Assembly (NCBI GenBank): GCA_038087875.1
Contig: CM075995.1
Location: 9,178,001 to 9,242,000 of the forward strand
Direction of reading: 5' to 3'
Source: Malacoraja senta
Lineage: Eukaryota
DNA length: 64,000 bases
How positions within the stretch are numbered: position 1 is the first letter of the stretch; the number at the start of each line of letters is the position of its first letter. Positions 11,742-23,781 of this stretch are shown here, piece after piece. Position numbers and translations under genes: made by a program. Below the pieces are notes generated by a model. The model was given only the letters and a program-made list of their open reading frames with translations, was not told the DNA's origin and ran no database searches.

Positions 11742-11974
11742 GTACGTCTTCAAGATCGATTGCTTTTTGTTTGGTTGAACCAATGTTGACAAGTTGTAGC
11801 AGCCGAATTAGGCCATTCGGCCCATCAAGTCTACTCCACCATTCAATCATGGCTGGTCTATCTCTCCCTAACCCCATTCTCCCGACCAGCGTCTGGGGAA
11901 TTCTCTGCCTCAGAGGGCGGTGGAGGCCGGATCTCTGGATGCTTTCAAGAGGAATGGCTCTTAAAGATAGCAGA

Positions 11975-12733
11975 TTACTATCTAAATGGCATCAAGTTGG
12001 GGAAAAGGGGAAGTACAACAGGATCTGGGGGTCCTTGTTCATCAGTCTATGAACGTAAGCATGCAGGTACAGCAGGCAGTGAAGAAAGCGAATGGCATGT
12101 TGGCCTTTATAACAAGAGGAATCGAATATAGGAACAAAGAGGTCCTTCTGCAGTTGTACAGGGCCCTAGTGAGACCACACCTGGAGTATTGTGTGCAGTT
12201 TTGGTCCCCTAATTTGAGGAAGGACATTCTTGCTATGGAGGGAGTGCAGCGGAGGTTTACAAGGTTAATTCCTAGGATGGCGGGACTGTCATATGCTGAG
12301 TAAATGGAGCGGCTGGGCTTGTACACTCTGGAGTTTAAAAGGACGAGAGGGGATCTCATTGAAACATATAAGATTGTTAAGGGTTTGGACATGCTAGAGG
12401 CAGGAAACATGTTCCCGATGTTGGGGGAGTCCAGAACCAGGGGCCACAGTTTAAGAATAAGGAGTAAGCCATTTAGAACGGAGACGAGGAAACACTTTTT
12501 CTCACAGAGAGTGGTGAGTCTGTGGAATTCTCTGCCTCAGAGGGCAGTGGAGGCCGGTTCTCTGGATGCTTTCAAGAGAGAGCTAGATAGGGCTCTTAAA
12601 GATAGTGGAGTCAGGGGATATGGGGAGAAGGCAGGAACGGGGTACTGATTGGGGATGATCAGCCATGATCACATTGAATGGCGGTGCTGGCTCGAAGGGC
12701 CGAATGGCCTACTCCTGCACCTATTGTCTATTG
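11975..12733 (+). mobile_element. CR1-like LINE 3' fragment
   Basis: 'LYRALVRPHLEYCVQFWSP...VQRRFTRLIP' with an in-frame stop; (CTATTGT)n tail. Confidence 0.9.
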
Positions 12734-13031
12734 ATCCCTGCACATTAACGCTATCCTACCCACACCTGGGACAGTAACACATTTACACATTTAAGCCAAT
12801 TAACGTACAAACCCGCACGTCTTCAGAGTGTGAGGGAAACTGCAGATGTCTGAGAAAGCCCACAGTCACGGGGAGAAGGTACAAACTCCGTACAGACAGC
12901 ACCCGTAGTCGGGATGGAACCCGGGTCTCTGGCGCTGTGAGGCAGCAGTTCTACCCGCTGCGCCACCTTGCCGGATATTGCTTGCTTTATTTCTTTTTTT
13001 TGCTGTTGTCGTTTTTTTTCTTTGGAAATAG

Positions 13032-13184
13032 ACGAATCTTCGAAGTGAGTGTCTCCCAAGCGAGCTGCCTGAGATGTCACTGGCCGTCAGTGACGGCGAG
13101 CTGGAGAGGAAGTCTGGCTCCATGCACGGTCACTGGCAACGACGCCACAGCGACACAGAGGGCGAACACCGCAAATCATTCAAG
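13032..13184 (+). CDS. SYCP2L: SYCP2L-like exon with GC donor (TNLRSECLPSELPEM...GEHRKSFK)
   Basis: Strong T-rich acceptor aatag|ACG, 51 open codons, AAG|gcgagt. The phase 0 end fits the next exon. Poorly conserved region. Confidence 0.7.
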
Positions 13185-13320
13185 GCGAGTGCCATCAGTT
13201 TAGTTTAGAAACAAGCCCTTCGGCCCCACCCAGACCGTGCCAACCAGCGATCCCTCCACTCTCACACTATCCTACACACACTAGGGGCAATTTACAATTT
13301 TGACAAGTTACTGGAGTAGA

Positions 13321-13955
13321 AATGGCATGTTGGCCTTTATAACAAGATGAATCGAATATAGGAGCAAAGAGGTCCTTCTGCAGTTGTACAGAGCCCCAGT
13401 GAGACCACACCTGGTGTATTGTGTGCAGTTTTGGTCTCCTAATTTGAGGAAGGACATTCTTGCTATTGAGGGAGCGCAGCGTAGGTTTACAAGGTTAATT
13501 CCCGGGATGGCGGGACTGTCACATGCTGAGAGAATGGAGCAGCTGGGCTTGTACACTCTGGACTTTAGAAGGATCAGAGGGGATCTTATTGAAACATAAG
13601 GGCTTGGACGCACTAGAGGCAGGAAACATGTTCCCGATGTTGGGGGAGTCCAGAACCAGGGGCCACAGTTTAAGAATAAGGAGTAAGCCATTTAGAACGG
13701 AGACGAGGAAACACTTTTTCTCACAGAGAGTGGTGAGTCTGTGGAATTCTCTGCCTCAGAGGGCGGTGGAGGCCGGTTCTCTGGATGCTTTCAAGAGAGA
13801 GCTGGATAGGGCTCTTAAAAATAGCGGAGTCAGGGGATATGGGGAGAAGGCAGGAACGGGATACTGATTGGGGATGGTCAGCCATGATCACATTGAATGG
13901 CGGTGCTGGCTCGAAGGGCCAAATGGCCTACTCCTGCACCTATTGTCTATTGTCT
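13321..13955 (+). mobile_element. CR1-like LINE 3' fragment
   Basis: Same family and tail as 11975-12733. Confidence 0.9.
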
Positions 13956-14919
13956 ATAAATGGGCCATTCGGCCCATTGCGTCCACTCCGCCATTCAATC
14001 ATGGCTGATCTCTGCCTCCTAATCCCATTTTCTGCCTTCTCCCCATTACCCTTGACACCGTTCAAATCAAGAATTTGTGTATCTCTGCCTTAAAGTATTC
14101 TTTGACGTGGCCTCCACAGCCGTCTGTGGCAATGAGTTCCACAGATTAACTACCCTCTAACTAAAGAAGTTTCTCCTCACCTCCATTCTAAAAGAGCGCC
14201 CTTTAATTCTGAGGCAATAGACAATAGGTGCAGGAGTAGGCCTTTTGGCCCTTTGAGCCAGCACCTCCATTCACTGTGAACATGGCTTTGACCCTCTGGT
14301 CCTAGACTCTCCCACTAGTGGAAACAACCTCTCCACATCCACTCTATCCAGGCCTTTCATTATTCTGTACGTTTCAACGAGGTCCCCCCCTCATCCTTCT
14401 AAACTCCAGCGAGTACAGGCCCAGTGCCGACAAACGCTCATCATACATTAACCTACTCATTCCTGGGATCATTCTTGTAAACCTCCTCCGGAGCCAGCAC
14501 ATCCTTCCTCAGATATGGGGCCCAGAACTGCTCACAATACTCCAAATGCAGCCTGACCAGCGCCTTGTATAGGCTCAGCATTACATCCCTGTATTTGTAT
14601 TCCAGTTCTCTGGATGTAAATGCCAGCATTGGGTTTGCCTTCCTTGCTACCGATTCGAGTTGCAGATGAACTGTTTTGGGAATCCTGCACCAGCACTCCC
14701 AAGCCCCTTTTCACTGAAGCTAACTAGCCGGCAAACCTGCACGTCTTTGCGGTCTAAAGCCCTCGTTCTCTAAAGCTTGATGAAATAGATAGTTTATTGT
14801 TGCCTGCCCTGTGAAGGATTGGCATATTGAATGGTGGTGCTGGCTCGAAGGGCCAAATGGTCTACCAGAGTGTTGTCTACCAGAGAACTAGAATACAAAT
14901 ACAGCGATGTAACGCTGAG

Positions 14920-15176
14920 ACTCTGTTGGGCCGCAGTTGGCATGAAATTCTTTGTTTTTGCCTCTCACAGTTGCTGCTGCTGCTGCTGCACTCCACGGGC
15001 TGCACTACGTCGGGGACGGGTGAGGCGGGGGCCGGACGCGGCGCTCCGACCCCGACAGTCCCCTCGACCCGAGTAGCAGCAGTCAAATACGGGACAAGGG
15101 CGGTCCCGTACGGGACAAACCAATTTAGCCCAATATACGGGATGTCCCGGCTAATACGGGACAGTTGGCAACACTA
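14920..15176. mobile_element. hAT-like DNA transposon end
   Basis: Terminal GTTGGCAACACTA (reverse of a TAG.GTTGCCAAC TIR) preceded by several (A)TACGGGA subterminal repeats. Partner TIR not found. Confidence 0.5.
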
Positions 15177-16141
15177 GTCACTGTACACAAATGCTCCAAT
15201 CTTCGTCAACACCGCCACAAGTCCCCTTAGTCCTCGGCAGCCCCCTTATGCTGGCCCACCGAGTCCGTGCCGACCAGCGATCACCCCATACACTAGCACT
15301 ATCCTGCACATCGGAGCCAACTTTTACAACTTGCCAAAGCCAATTAGCCTATTGTTGGGGTGTTGGGAGGAAACCGGAGCACCCGGAGAAAACCCACGAG
15401 GTGAACGTACAAACTCCGTACAGACACCGCCCGTGGTCAGGATCGAACCTCTGGCGCCGTGAGGCAGCAACTCTACCGCTGACTCACCGTGCCACCCGAT
15501 GTTTGGAATTGGAGGGATATTGGCGATGTGCAGGCAGATGAGACGAGTTGTAACGGCACCGTGTTCATCGCAGACATGATGGACCAAAGGGACTGGTGCC
15601 ATGTTGTCCCGTGCAGGAAGGAACTGCAGATGCTGGTTTAGACCGAAGGTAGACACAAAAAGCTGGAGTATCTCAGCGGGTCGGGCAGCATCTCTGGGGG
15701 GGGGGGGGGGGTAAAGGTAATGGGTGATGTTTTGGACTGGGAGTCGGGCGAAAGAGAAATGAGTGATATAGATGGTGATGTGGAGAGATACAAATTTCAC
15801 ACGGCTAACAATGGCCCCTTTCCTTTATCATTGTCACTTTTTTTTACATCTTTCATTCATTTGTTGCGTATCTCTCCGAGTTACTCCTGCATTTTGCTGT
15901 TCAACGTTCTATTTCTGGTCGGGGGGGGGGGGAGTTTAACCATGTAATCCCGTGCTACCCGCTCCATGGTCGGATAGTCGGCGACTAAACCGTCTCCCCC
16001 ACCTGGTTTGCCAGGTGAGGAGGGGGGCTGTGGACCCCCAGCAGGACCAAAAACAAGACCTGTCAAAGGGCGGATGAGTCCTAGCGATCCAACGGCCGTC
16101 CACACTTCAGTACACGTTGCGATCACTGACGTACACGGCAT

Positions 16142-16680
16142 TAGAAACATATAAAATAGGTGCAGGAGGAGGCCATTCGGCCCTTCGAGCCAGCACCGCC
16201 ATTCGTTGTGATCATGGCTGATCGTCCCCAATCAATAACCCGTGCCTGCCTTCTCCCCATATCCCTTGACTCCACTAGCCCCTAGAGCTCTATCTAACTC
16301 TCTCTTAAATCCATCCAGTGACTTGGCCTCCACTGCCCTCTGTGGCAGGGAATTCCACAAATTCACAACTCTCTGGGTGAAAACGTTTTTTTTCCTTCTC
16401 ACATCAGTCCTAAATGGTCTCCCCTTTATTCTAAGTCTGTGGCCCCTGGTTCTGGACTCGCCCAACATTGGGAACATTTTTCCCGCATCTAGCTTGTCCA
16501 GTCCTTTTATAATTGTATATGTTTCTATAAGAAACCCCCCCCTCATCCTTCTAAACTCCAGTGAATACAAGCCCGGTCTTTTCAATCTTTCCACATACGA
16601 CAGTCCCGCCATCCCAGGGATCAATCTCGTGAACCTACGCTGCACTGCCTCGATCACAAGGATGTCCTTCCTCAAATTAG
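16142..16680 (-). mobile_element. CR1-like LINE 3' fragment
   Basis: Most of ORF 16232-16882(-) is the CR1 ORF2 C-terminus. Confidence 0.88.
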
Positions 16681-16937
16681 GGGACGATGATAAAACCCGC
16701 ACACACCAAAACCCTGTACTTCCAGCGGCGGAAGTCCGCAGGAACTGGAGGACAGAGATGTGTGGTGCGTCCGTCACCGTTCCCGTCGGAAACCAGTGCC
16801 ACTGCCTCGCTAATGTTTTCCAACGGTGACGAATGACTGAATGAGTGTCCTTTGAGCGTGGCTTTGATTGGAAATCCCACATTAACCCTCCTATGTTATT
16901 TTAGTAAATATTTTGTGTATCTTTTTTTTTTTTTTAG

Positions 16938-17010
16938 AAACCCAGTAACTTAAAGAGTATGTCGCCCTTGGCTGCAGTCAAAAGTAGTCTTCGAAATTCT
17001 TCAAGCTCTG
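16938..17010 (+). CDS. SYCP2L: SYCP2L-like exon (KPSNLKSMSPLAAVKSSLRNSSSS)
   Basis: Poly-T ag|AAA...CTG|gtaagt; 73 nt, phase 0 to 1. Confidence 0.78.
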
Positions 17011-17242
17011 GTAAGTGATGAAATCCAACTTCAAGATGGAGGTTCTTCCATGAAACTAGTCTCAGTTCGGGTCATCAATGTCCTTTGCGTCAAGCACAAT
17101 TAGTGTTAATGGTAGACAAAAATGCTGGAGAAACTCAGCGGGTGAGGCAGCATCCATAGATGCTGCCTCACTCGCTGAGTTTCTCCGGCATTTTTGTCTA
17201 CCTTCGATTTTTCCAACATCTGCAGTTCTTTCTTAAGCATAA

Positions 17243-17660
17243 TGGGCCTGTCCCACTTGGGCGATATTTTCAGCGACTGTCATAGTCGTAGCAGGTCGCT
17301 GAATAAACGGCGACTGGACTAATGGGCCTGTCCCTTAGGCGAGTTTATTTTAGGCGACTGCCGGCGAATACGACGTTGAAATTCACCGAAGTCAGCACCG
17401 GCGACGACCTACGTCGCCTGGCGACCACCTATGACAGCACCTACGTCGAGCTACGCTCATTGGCGTCAAACCCACGGTTGCCATTGTCGCCGAATATTTT
17501 TGAACATGTTGAAACATTTTCACCGACCAGAAAAACGCTACAACTCTTTGGGCGACTGAGGAGACGACTCACGACCGTACAGGCGACTCCCCGGCGACCA
17601 TGTGGCGACAGCCTAGTCTCCTGTTGTCGCCTAAAAAATCGCCTAAGTGGGACAGGCCCA
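17243..17660. mobile_element. PIF/Harbinger-like MITE(s), nested (two left TIRs, one right)
   Basis: TGGGCCTGTCCC at 17243 and 17323; AGTGGGACAGGCCCA ending at 17660. Confidence 0.75.
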
Positions 17661-18496
17661 TTAGTGATAATGGCGTCATTGATGTGACATTATCATTTTA
17701 CTCTTTATAACACTTTATCTCACAGAGAGCGGTGAGTCTGTGGAATTCTCTGCCTCAGAGGGCGGTGGAGGCCGGTTCTCTGGATGCTTTCAAGAGAGAG
17801 TTAGATAGGGCTCTTAAAGATAGCAGAGTCAGGGGATATGGGGAGAAGGCAGGAACGGGGTACTGATTGGGGATGATCACATTGAATGGTGGTGCTGGCT
17901 CGAAGGGCTGAATGGCCTACTCCTGCACCTATTGTCTATTGTACAGAGGTTGCCTGGAATGTGCTTTCAGGGGTGGTGGTGGAAGCAAGTATGATAGTGG
18001 TGTTTAAGAAGCTTCTAGATGGGTCCGTGGATTTGCAGGGAATGTTGGGACATGGATCGCATGCAGGCAAGTTTAAATTTGTTTACCTTGGTCACCACAG
18101 ACATTGTGGGCTGAAGGGCCTGTTCTTGTGCTGTACTGTTCTGATTTGCCTGCCTATTGGGGCAGAGCAGGGTGTGGCAGAAGAGGAGTTTAGTTTAAAG
18201 ATACAGCGTGGAAATGGAACCTTCGGTCCACGCGGTCCTTGCTGACCAGCGATCACCCCCACCGTACACTAGCTCTATCCTACACGAGGAAAAATGTACA
18301 GTGGCTAATTATCCTGCAAACCTGTACGACCTGGATGAGCTGTGAGGAAACTGGAGCACCTGGAGAAAACCCACGCAGGTCACGGGGAGAACGTGCAAAC
18401 TCCGTACAGAAGCCAGGGTCGAACCCGTGTCTCTGGCGCCGGAAGGGAGCAAATCTACCACTGCGCCACCGTGCCGCGCTTAATTTGTGCGAAAGT

Positions 18497-18982
18497 CTAT
18501 TGAGGGAGTGCAGCGTAGGTTGACAATGTTAATTCCCGGGATGGCGGGACTGTCACATGCTGAGAGAATGGAGCGGCTGGGCTTGTACACTCTGGAGTTT
18601 AGAAGGATGAGAGGGAATCTCATTGAAACATATAAGATTGTTAAGGGTTTGGACAGCCTGGAGGCAGGAAACGTGTTCCCGATGTTGGGGGAGTCCAGAA
18701 CCAGGGGCCACAGTTTAAGAATAAGGAGTAAGCCATTTACAAAGGAGACGAGGAAACACTTTTTCTCACAGAGAGTGGTGAGTCTGTGGAATTCTCTGCC
18801 TCAGAGGGCGGTGGAGGCCGGTTCACTGGATACTTTCAAGAGAGAGCTAAATAGGGCTCTTAAAGATAGCGGAGTCAGGGGATATGGGGAGAAGGCAGGA
18901 ACGGGGTACTGATTGGGGATGATCAGCCATGATCACAGTGAATGGTGGTGCTGGCTCGAAGGGCCGAATGGCCTACTCCTGC
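18497..18982 (+). mobile_element. CR1-like LINE 3' fragment
   Basis: ORF 18487-18912. Confidence 0.9.
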
Positions 18983-19266
18983 GTCTATTGTCTATTGTCT
19001 ATTGTCTATTGTCTATTGTCTATTGTCTATTGTCTATTGTCTATTGTCTATGTCTTATTTGTCTATTGTCTATTGTCTATTGTCTATTGTCTATTGTCTA
19101 TTGTCTATTGTCTATTGTCTATTGTCTATTGTCTATTGTCTATTGTCTATTGTCTATTGTTCTTGTTATAGTCTATGGTCTATTGTCTATTTGTCTATTG
19201 TCTATTGTCTATTGTCTATTGTCTATTGTCTATTGTCTATTGTCTATTGTCTATTGTCTATTGTCT
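18983..19266 (+). repeat. (TCTATTG)n heptamer array, ~40 units; expanded CR1 tail
   Basis: Directly continues the LINE 3' end; explains the 'LSIVYCL' ORFs. Confidence 0.95.
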
Positions 19267-19383
19267 TGTTCAGCTACATTAATATTGTATTCCATTACAC
19301 TGAAGTATTTTTGCTAATATAAGTGTTTGACTAGATTCGAATGGTCACCTTGTCCAGCCTGGGCAAGTCGAATGAATAAATAA

Positions 19384-19605
19384 AGGGCCTGTCCCACTTG
19401 GCGATTTTTTATTTTAGCCACTGCCGGCATCATTGACTGACGTATCGGTCACAGAAACATTCGTGGCGTGATGACGTATTGACGTTTTTTTCAAATGTCG
19501 CAACATTTTTTGTCTCCACTGGATTTTGAAATGTTCAAAATCTTTTGGTGACACTGATATGACGCCGGCAGTCGCTGAAAAAAATAGCCAAGTGGGACAG
19601 GCCCT
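19384..19605. mobile_element. PIF/Harbinger-like MITE
   Basis: ~27-bp TIR AGGGCCTGTCCCACTTGGC..., TAA TSD on both sides. Confidence 0.85.
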
Positions 19606-19609
19606 TAAG

Positions 19610-19898
19610 CTTATTGGCCGAGTATTCACATATAAGGAATTTGCCTTGGTGCTCCGCCCGCAAGTGACAACATGACAGACAGTGACAGTTAGCAATGACA
19701 CATAAAACATTAAACATTAATAATAAAACATTATCGATTAAACATGTGAATTAAATAAAATACCAGAGCAAAAGGAGGCTACAGATTTTTAGTTATTGGT
19801 AGAACTACTACTCGTGGAAAAAAAGTTGTTTTTATGTCTGGCTGTGGCAGCTTTGACAGTCCGGAGTCGCCTTCCAAAGGGAAGTGATTCAAAGAGTT
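19610..19898 (-). mobile_element. Rex1/Babar-like LINE 3' fragment
   Basis: 'LFESLPFGRRLRTVKAATARHKN'; same family as 32144-32567 and ~22990-23178. Confidence 0.75.
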
Positions 19899-19991
19899 GG
19901 GTGTGAAGAATGGGTTGAAGGGCCCGTTTCTGTGCGGTGTGACTCTGTGGCTTTAAAAGTAACGAGGATTTCCATGTTTTAATCCCAACAG

Positions 19992-20128
19992 TGGGAAGCA
20001 AAGATGTATTACCAGCGCAAAACCAAAAGGTTGAGAACGATGAAGATGTACAAAGTCCAGATTCTAAGGAAGAACCGACTTTCGATGAAGTTTTCACCAT
20101 GACGACAACTGCTGAATCGAAGGTCACG
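19992..20128 (+). CDS. SYCP2L: SYCP2L-like exon (V-GSKDVLPAQNQKVENDED...TTAESKVT)
   Basis: ccaacag|TG...ACG|gtaaac; 137 nt, phase 1 to 0. An alternative in-phase donor follows 20122. Confidence 0.75.
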
Positions 20129-20259
20129 GTAAACTTTAATTTCACCAGCCTCTCACAGCACAGAAACAGGCCCTTGTCCACGCCGACAAACATGTCCCAT
20201 CTGGTCTTGTCCCATTACCGCACGCTCTGCCCACACCCCTCTAAACCTTTCCCATCCAT

Positions 20260-20760
20260 GCGTCTCTGCTGCTGTCTGCCAACGCCCTACTCCGACGGAT
20301 CTTCTGCCAGTGCTCGCAGGTATCGCACCCGCCAAGCTTGGCAGAGTACTTCACCCACAGGCTGGTGTGCAAGGCCCCATCGGACAGCAAACACCCTCTG
20401 CACCACCTTGCCCAGGACTCTCAGCAACTGGGACCTCATCGCCCCTTCTCCCGTCTCGCAGCGACCCTCTGTGGCCCCGGTTTCAACACACCAGGAGCAC
20501 GGAGAACCAGCTGGGAGCAGACTCCGCGACCTCACCAATTCACTGTTGCACCGAACACCACAGCCCCACCCGGCTCGGACCTGCCCCGCAAAGAGCGGGT
20601 CGCCCTGAACCGGCTCCGTACAGGGGTCGGCCGGTTCAACGCCAACATGCATCGCTGGGGGCTGCGTTCGACTGCGCTGTCCTCCGCCCCCCCCTGGTGG
20701 AGGGGTAGACCTCACGGCCATCGACAACAGCACATTGAACTGGCTACAGCACCTGGAGGC
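20260..20760 (+). mobile_element. Vingi/Ingi-like non-LTR retrotransposon C-terminal fragment
   Basis: 'LP.LAGIAP' and 'PPGSDLPRKE.VALNRLRTGVGRFNANMHRWGL', frameshifted. Clade assignment from recall. Confidence 0.55.
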
Positions 20761-21352
20761 TGTTACATAATCTCTGCTGACTCAAACCCAGGAAGAAGAT
20801 CCACGTATCTGGCCAAGTGTTTTGTAGATGTCACTATGCTCCCTGCCTCAACTACCTCCTCCGGCAGCTCATTCCACATACCCACCACCCTCTGAGTGCA
20901 AGAAGTTGCCCCTCGGGTTCCTATTAAATCTTTCTCAGATACCCTGGATGAAAAATAAGTTGTGCATTTAATAGACAATAGGTACAGGAGTAGGCCATTC
21001 GGCCCTTCGAGCCAGCACCGCCATTCAATGTTAGCATGGCTGATCATCCCCAATCAGTACCCCGTCCCTGCCTTCTCCCCATATCCCCTGACTCCGCTAT
21101 TTTTAAGAGCTCTATCTAGCTCTCTCTTGAAAGCATCCAGAGAACCGGCCTCCACTGCCCTCTGAGGCAGAGAATTCCACAGACTCACCACTCTGTGAGG
21201 AAAAGTGTTTCCACGTCTCTCTTCTGTTGCCCCTGCTTCTGGACTCCCCCAACATCGGGAACATGTTTGCTGCCTCTAGCGTGTCCAAACCGTTAATAAT
21301 CTTATATGTTTCAATAAGATCTCCTCTCATCCTTCTAAACCCCAGTCTATAA

Positions 21353-22737
21353 ATTCAGGATCAGCTCCTGTGGATTGGAGGGTAGCTAATGTTATCCCAC
21401 TTTTTAAGAAAGGCGGGAGAGAGAAAACGGGGAATTATAGACCAGTTAGCCTGACATCGGTGGTGGGGAAGATGCTGGAGTCAAATATAAAAGATGAGAT
21501 AGCCGCACATTTGGATAGCAGTAACAGGATCGGTCCGAGTCAGCATGGATTTACGAAGGGGAATTCATGCTTGACTAATCTTCTGGAATTTTTTGAGGAT
21601 GTAACTAGGAAAATGGACAAGGGAGAGCCAGTGGATGTAGTGTACCTGGACTTTCAGAAAGCATTTGATAAGGTCCCACATAGGAGATTAGTGGACAAAA
21701 TTAGGGCACATGGTATTGGGGGTAGAGTGCTGACATGGATAGAGAAGTGGTTGGCAGACAGGAAACAAAGTAGGGATTAAAGGGTCCCTTTCAGAATGGC
21801 GGGCAGTGACTAGTGGGGTACCGCAAGGCTCGGTGCTGGGATCGCAGCTATTTACAATATACATCAATGATTTAGATGAAGGGATTCAAAGTAACATTAG
21901 CAAATTTGCAGATGACACAAAGCTAGGTGGCAGTGTGAACTGAGGAGGATGCTATGAGAATGCAGGGTGACTTGGACAGGTTGGGGGAGTGGGCAGATGC
22001 ATGGCAGATGAAGTTTAATGTGGATAAATGTGAGGTTATCTACTTTGGTAGCAAAAACAGGAAGGCAGATTACTATCTAAATGGCGTCAAGTTGGGAAAA
22101 GGGGAAGTACAACGGGATCTGGGGGTCCTTGTACATCAGTCTATGAAAGTAAGCTGCCCCATCTACACTAGCCCCAGCTGCCCGCGTACAGTTTTGGTCT
22201 CCTAATCTGAGGAAAGACATTCTTGCCATAGAGGGAGTACAGAGAAGGTTCACCACACTGATTCCTGGGATGTCAGGACTTTCATATGAAGAAAGACTGG
22301 ATAGACTTGGCTTGTACTCGCTAGAATTTAGAAGATTGAGGGGGGATCTTATAGAAACGTACAAAATTCTTAAGGGGTTGGACAGGCTAGGTGCAGGAAG
22401 ATTGTTCCCGATGTTGGGAAGTCCAGAACAAGGGGTCACAGTTTAAGGATAAGGGGGAAGTCTTTTAGGACCGAGATGAGAAAAAGAATCTTCACACACA
22501 GAGTGGTGAATCTGTGGAATTCTCTGCCACAGAAGGTAGTTGAGGCCAGCTCATTGGCTATATTTAAGAGGGAGTTAGATGTGGCCCTTGTGGCTAAAGG
22601 GATCAGAGGGTATGGAGAGAAGGCAGGTACAGGATACTGAGTTGGATGATCAGCCATGATCATATTGAATGGCGGTGATGGCTCGAAGGGCCGAATGGCC
22701 TACTCCTGCACCTATTTTCTATGTTTCTATGTTTCTA
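21353..22737 (+). mobile_element. CR1-like LINE reverse-transcriptase fragment (chimeric, degenerate)
   Basis: 'DWRVANVIPLFKKG..NYRPVSLTS','YLDFQKAFDKVPH','[10 protein letters not shown]','KFADDTK'; (TTTCTATG)n tail. Confidence 0.92.
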
Positions 22738-23576
22738 TCCCTCTAAACCTGCCCTATCCATGTACCCGTCTAACTGTTTCTTTAAACGTTGGGATTCGGG
22801 CGCTCTAAGCCACGGAGTGTGTTCCACTGTCCCGGCGTCGGAGTTTCGATTATCCCAGCGAGAGGGCCTGCACATCGGGGCGTCCGTAGCGGCGACTGCA
22901 GAGGGTTCCAAGGCCCCAGCCACGGGTGAACAAAGAGGAGGAAGACTGACTGGACTTTATTGCCTCCCATCACAGTGGTGGATGTCTATCAATGAATAAA
23001 TAAGTTTATTGGCCAAGTATTCACATACAAGGAATTTGCCTTGGTGCTCCGCCCACCAGTGACAACATGACATACAGTGACAGTTAGGAATGACACATAA
23101 AACATTAAACATTAATAATAAAACATTATTGATGAAACATGTGAATTAAATAAAATACCAGACCAAAAGGAGGCTGCAAAATTGCCAAGTGGGACAGGCC
23201 CCTTTACCCTCTGCAGGTAAATTTACCCCAGGTTGGGAACCCTTGCCTTAAACCCATGGTCCTCGATTCCCCTACTCTGGGCAAGAGACTCTGTGTGTCT
23301 ACGCGATCTATTCCTCTCATGATTTTGTACACCTCTATAAGACCACCCCTCATCCTCCTGCGCTCCATGGAATAGAGTCCCAGCCTGCTCAACCTCTCCC
23401 TGTAGATCAGGCACTCGAGTCCTGGCAACGTCCTCCTAAATCTTCTCCGCACCCTTTCCAGCTTGACAGCATTGTCCAGCACTCTGTGAAACGTCACCTA
23501 TCCATGATCTAACCCTACCCCATCTGGCAGCTCGTTTTCTAACAATTTGCATTATTTTACCCAAATATTTTAACAG

Positions 23577-23640
23577 GACGCCCATCCCCTGACGGAAACG
23601 GAGCCAAAGTCGAAGCAAAACGTGGCTGTGGAGGACATAG
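23577..23640 (+). CDS. SYCP2L: SYCP2L-like exon (DAHPLTETEPKSKQNVAVEDI)
   Basis: ttttaacag|GAC...TAG|gtttgc; 64 nt, phase 0 to 1. Followed by a 74-nt intron. Confidence 0.7.
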
Positions 23641-23714
23641 GTTTGCACCCTTTAGCTTGTATCTTGTGCCCCTGTTGTATGGGAGATGGTTTACAACTCT
23701 CTCCCCCTTTATAG

Positions 23715-23781
23715 AGATGGAGACTCCAGGTGTACAAAACAGTCTGTCAGACAACCTTGAAGGGACTCCTGGTCAACTCCA
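23715..23781 (+). CDS. SYCP2L: SYCP2L-like exon (E-METPGVQNSLSDNLEGTPGQL)
   Basis: ccctttatag|AG...CCA|gtaagt; 67 nt, phase 1 to 2. Confidence 0.72.

Noticed and set aside
13032..13044. 13-nt microexon as the productive form
   Set aside because: Its phase 1 end creates TAA in the next exon.
14971..15176. Candidate exon after ctctcacag
   Set aside because: It lies in a hAT-like element, has no convincing donor, and the gene model does not need it.
18913..19322. Hydrophobic 'LSIVYCL' ORFs resembling membrane proteins
   Set aside because: Translation of a heptamer microsatellite.
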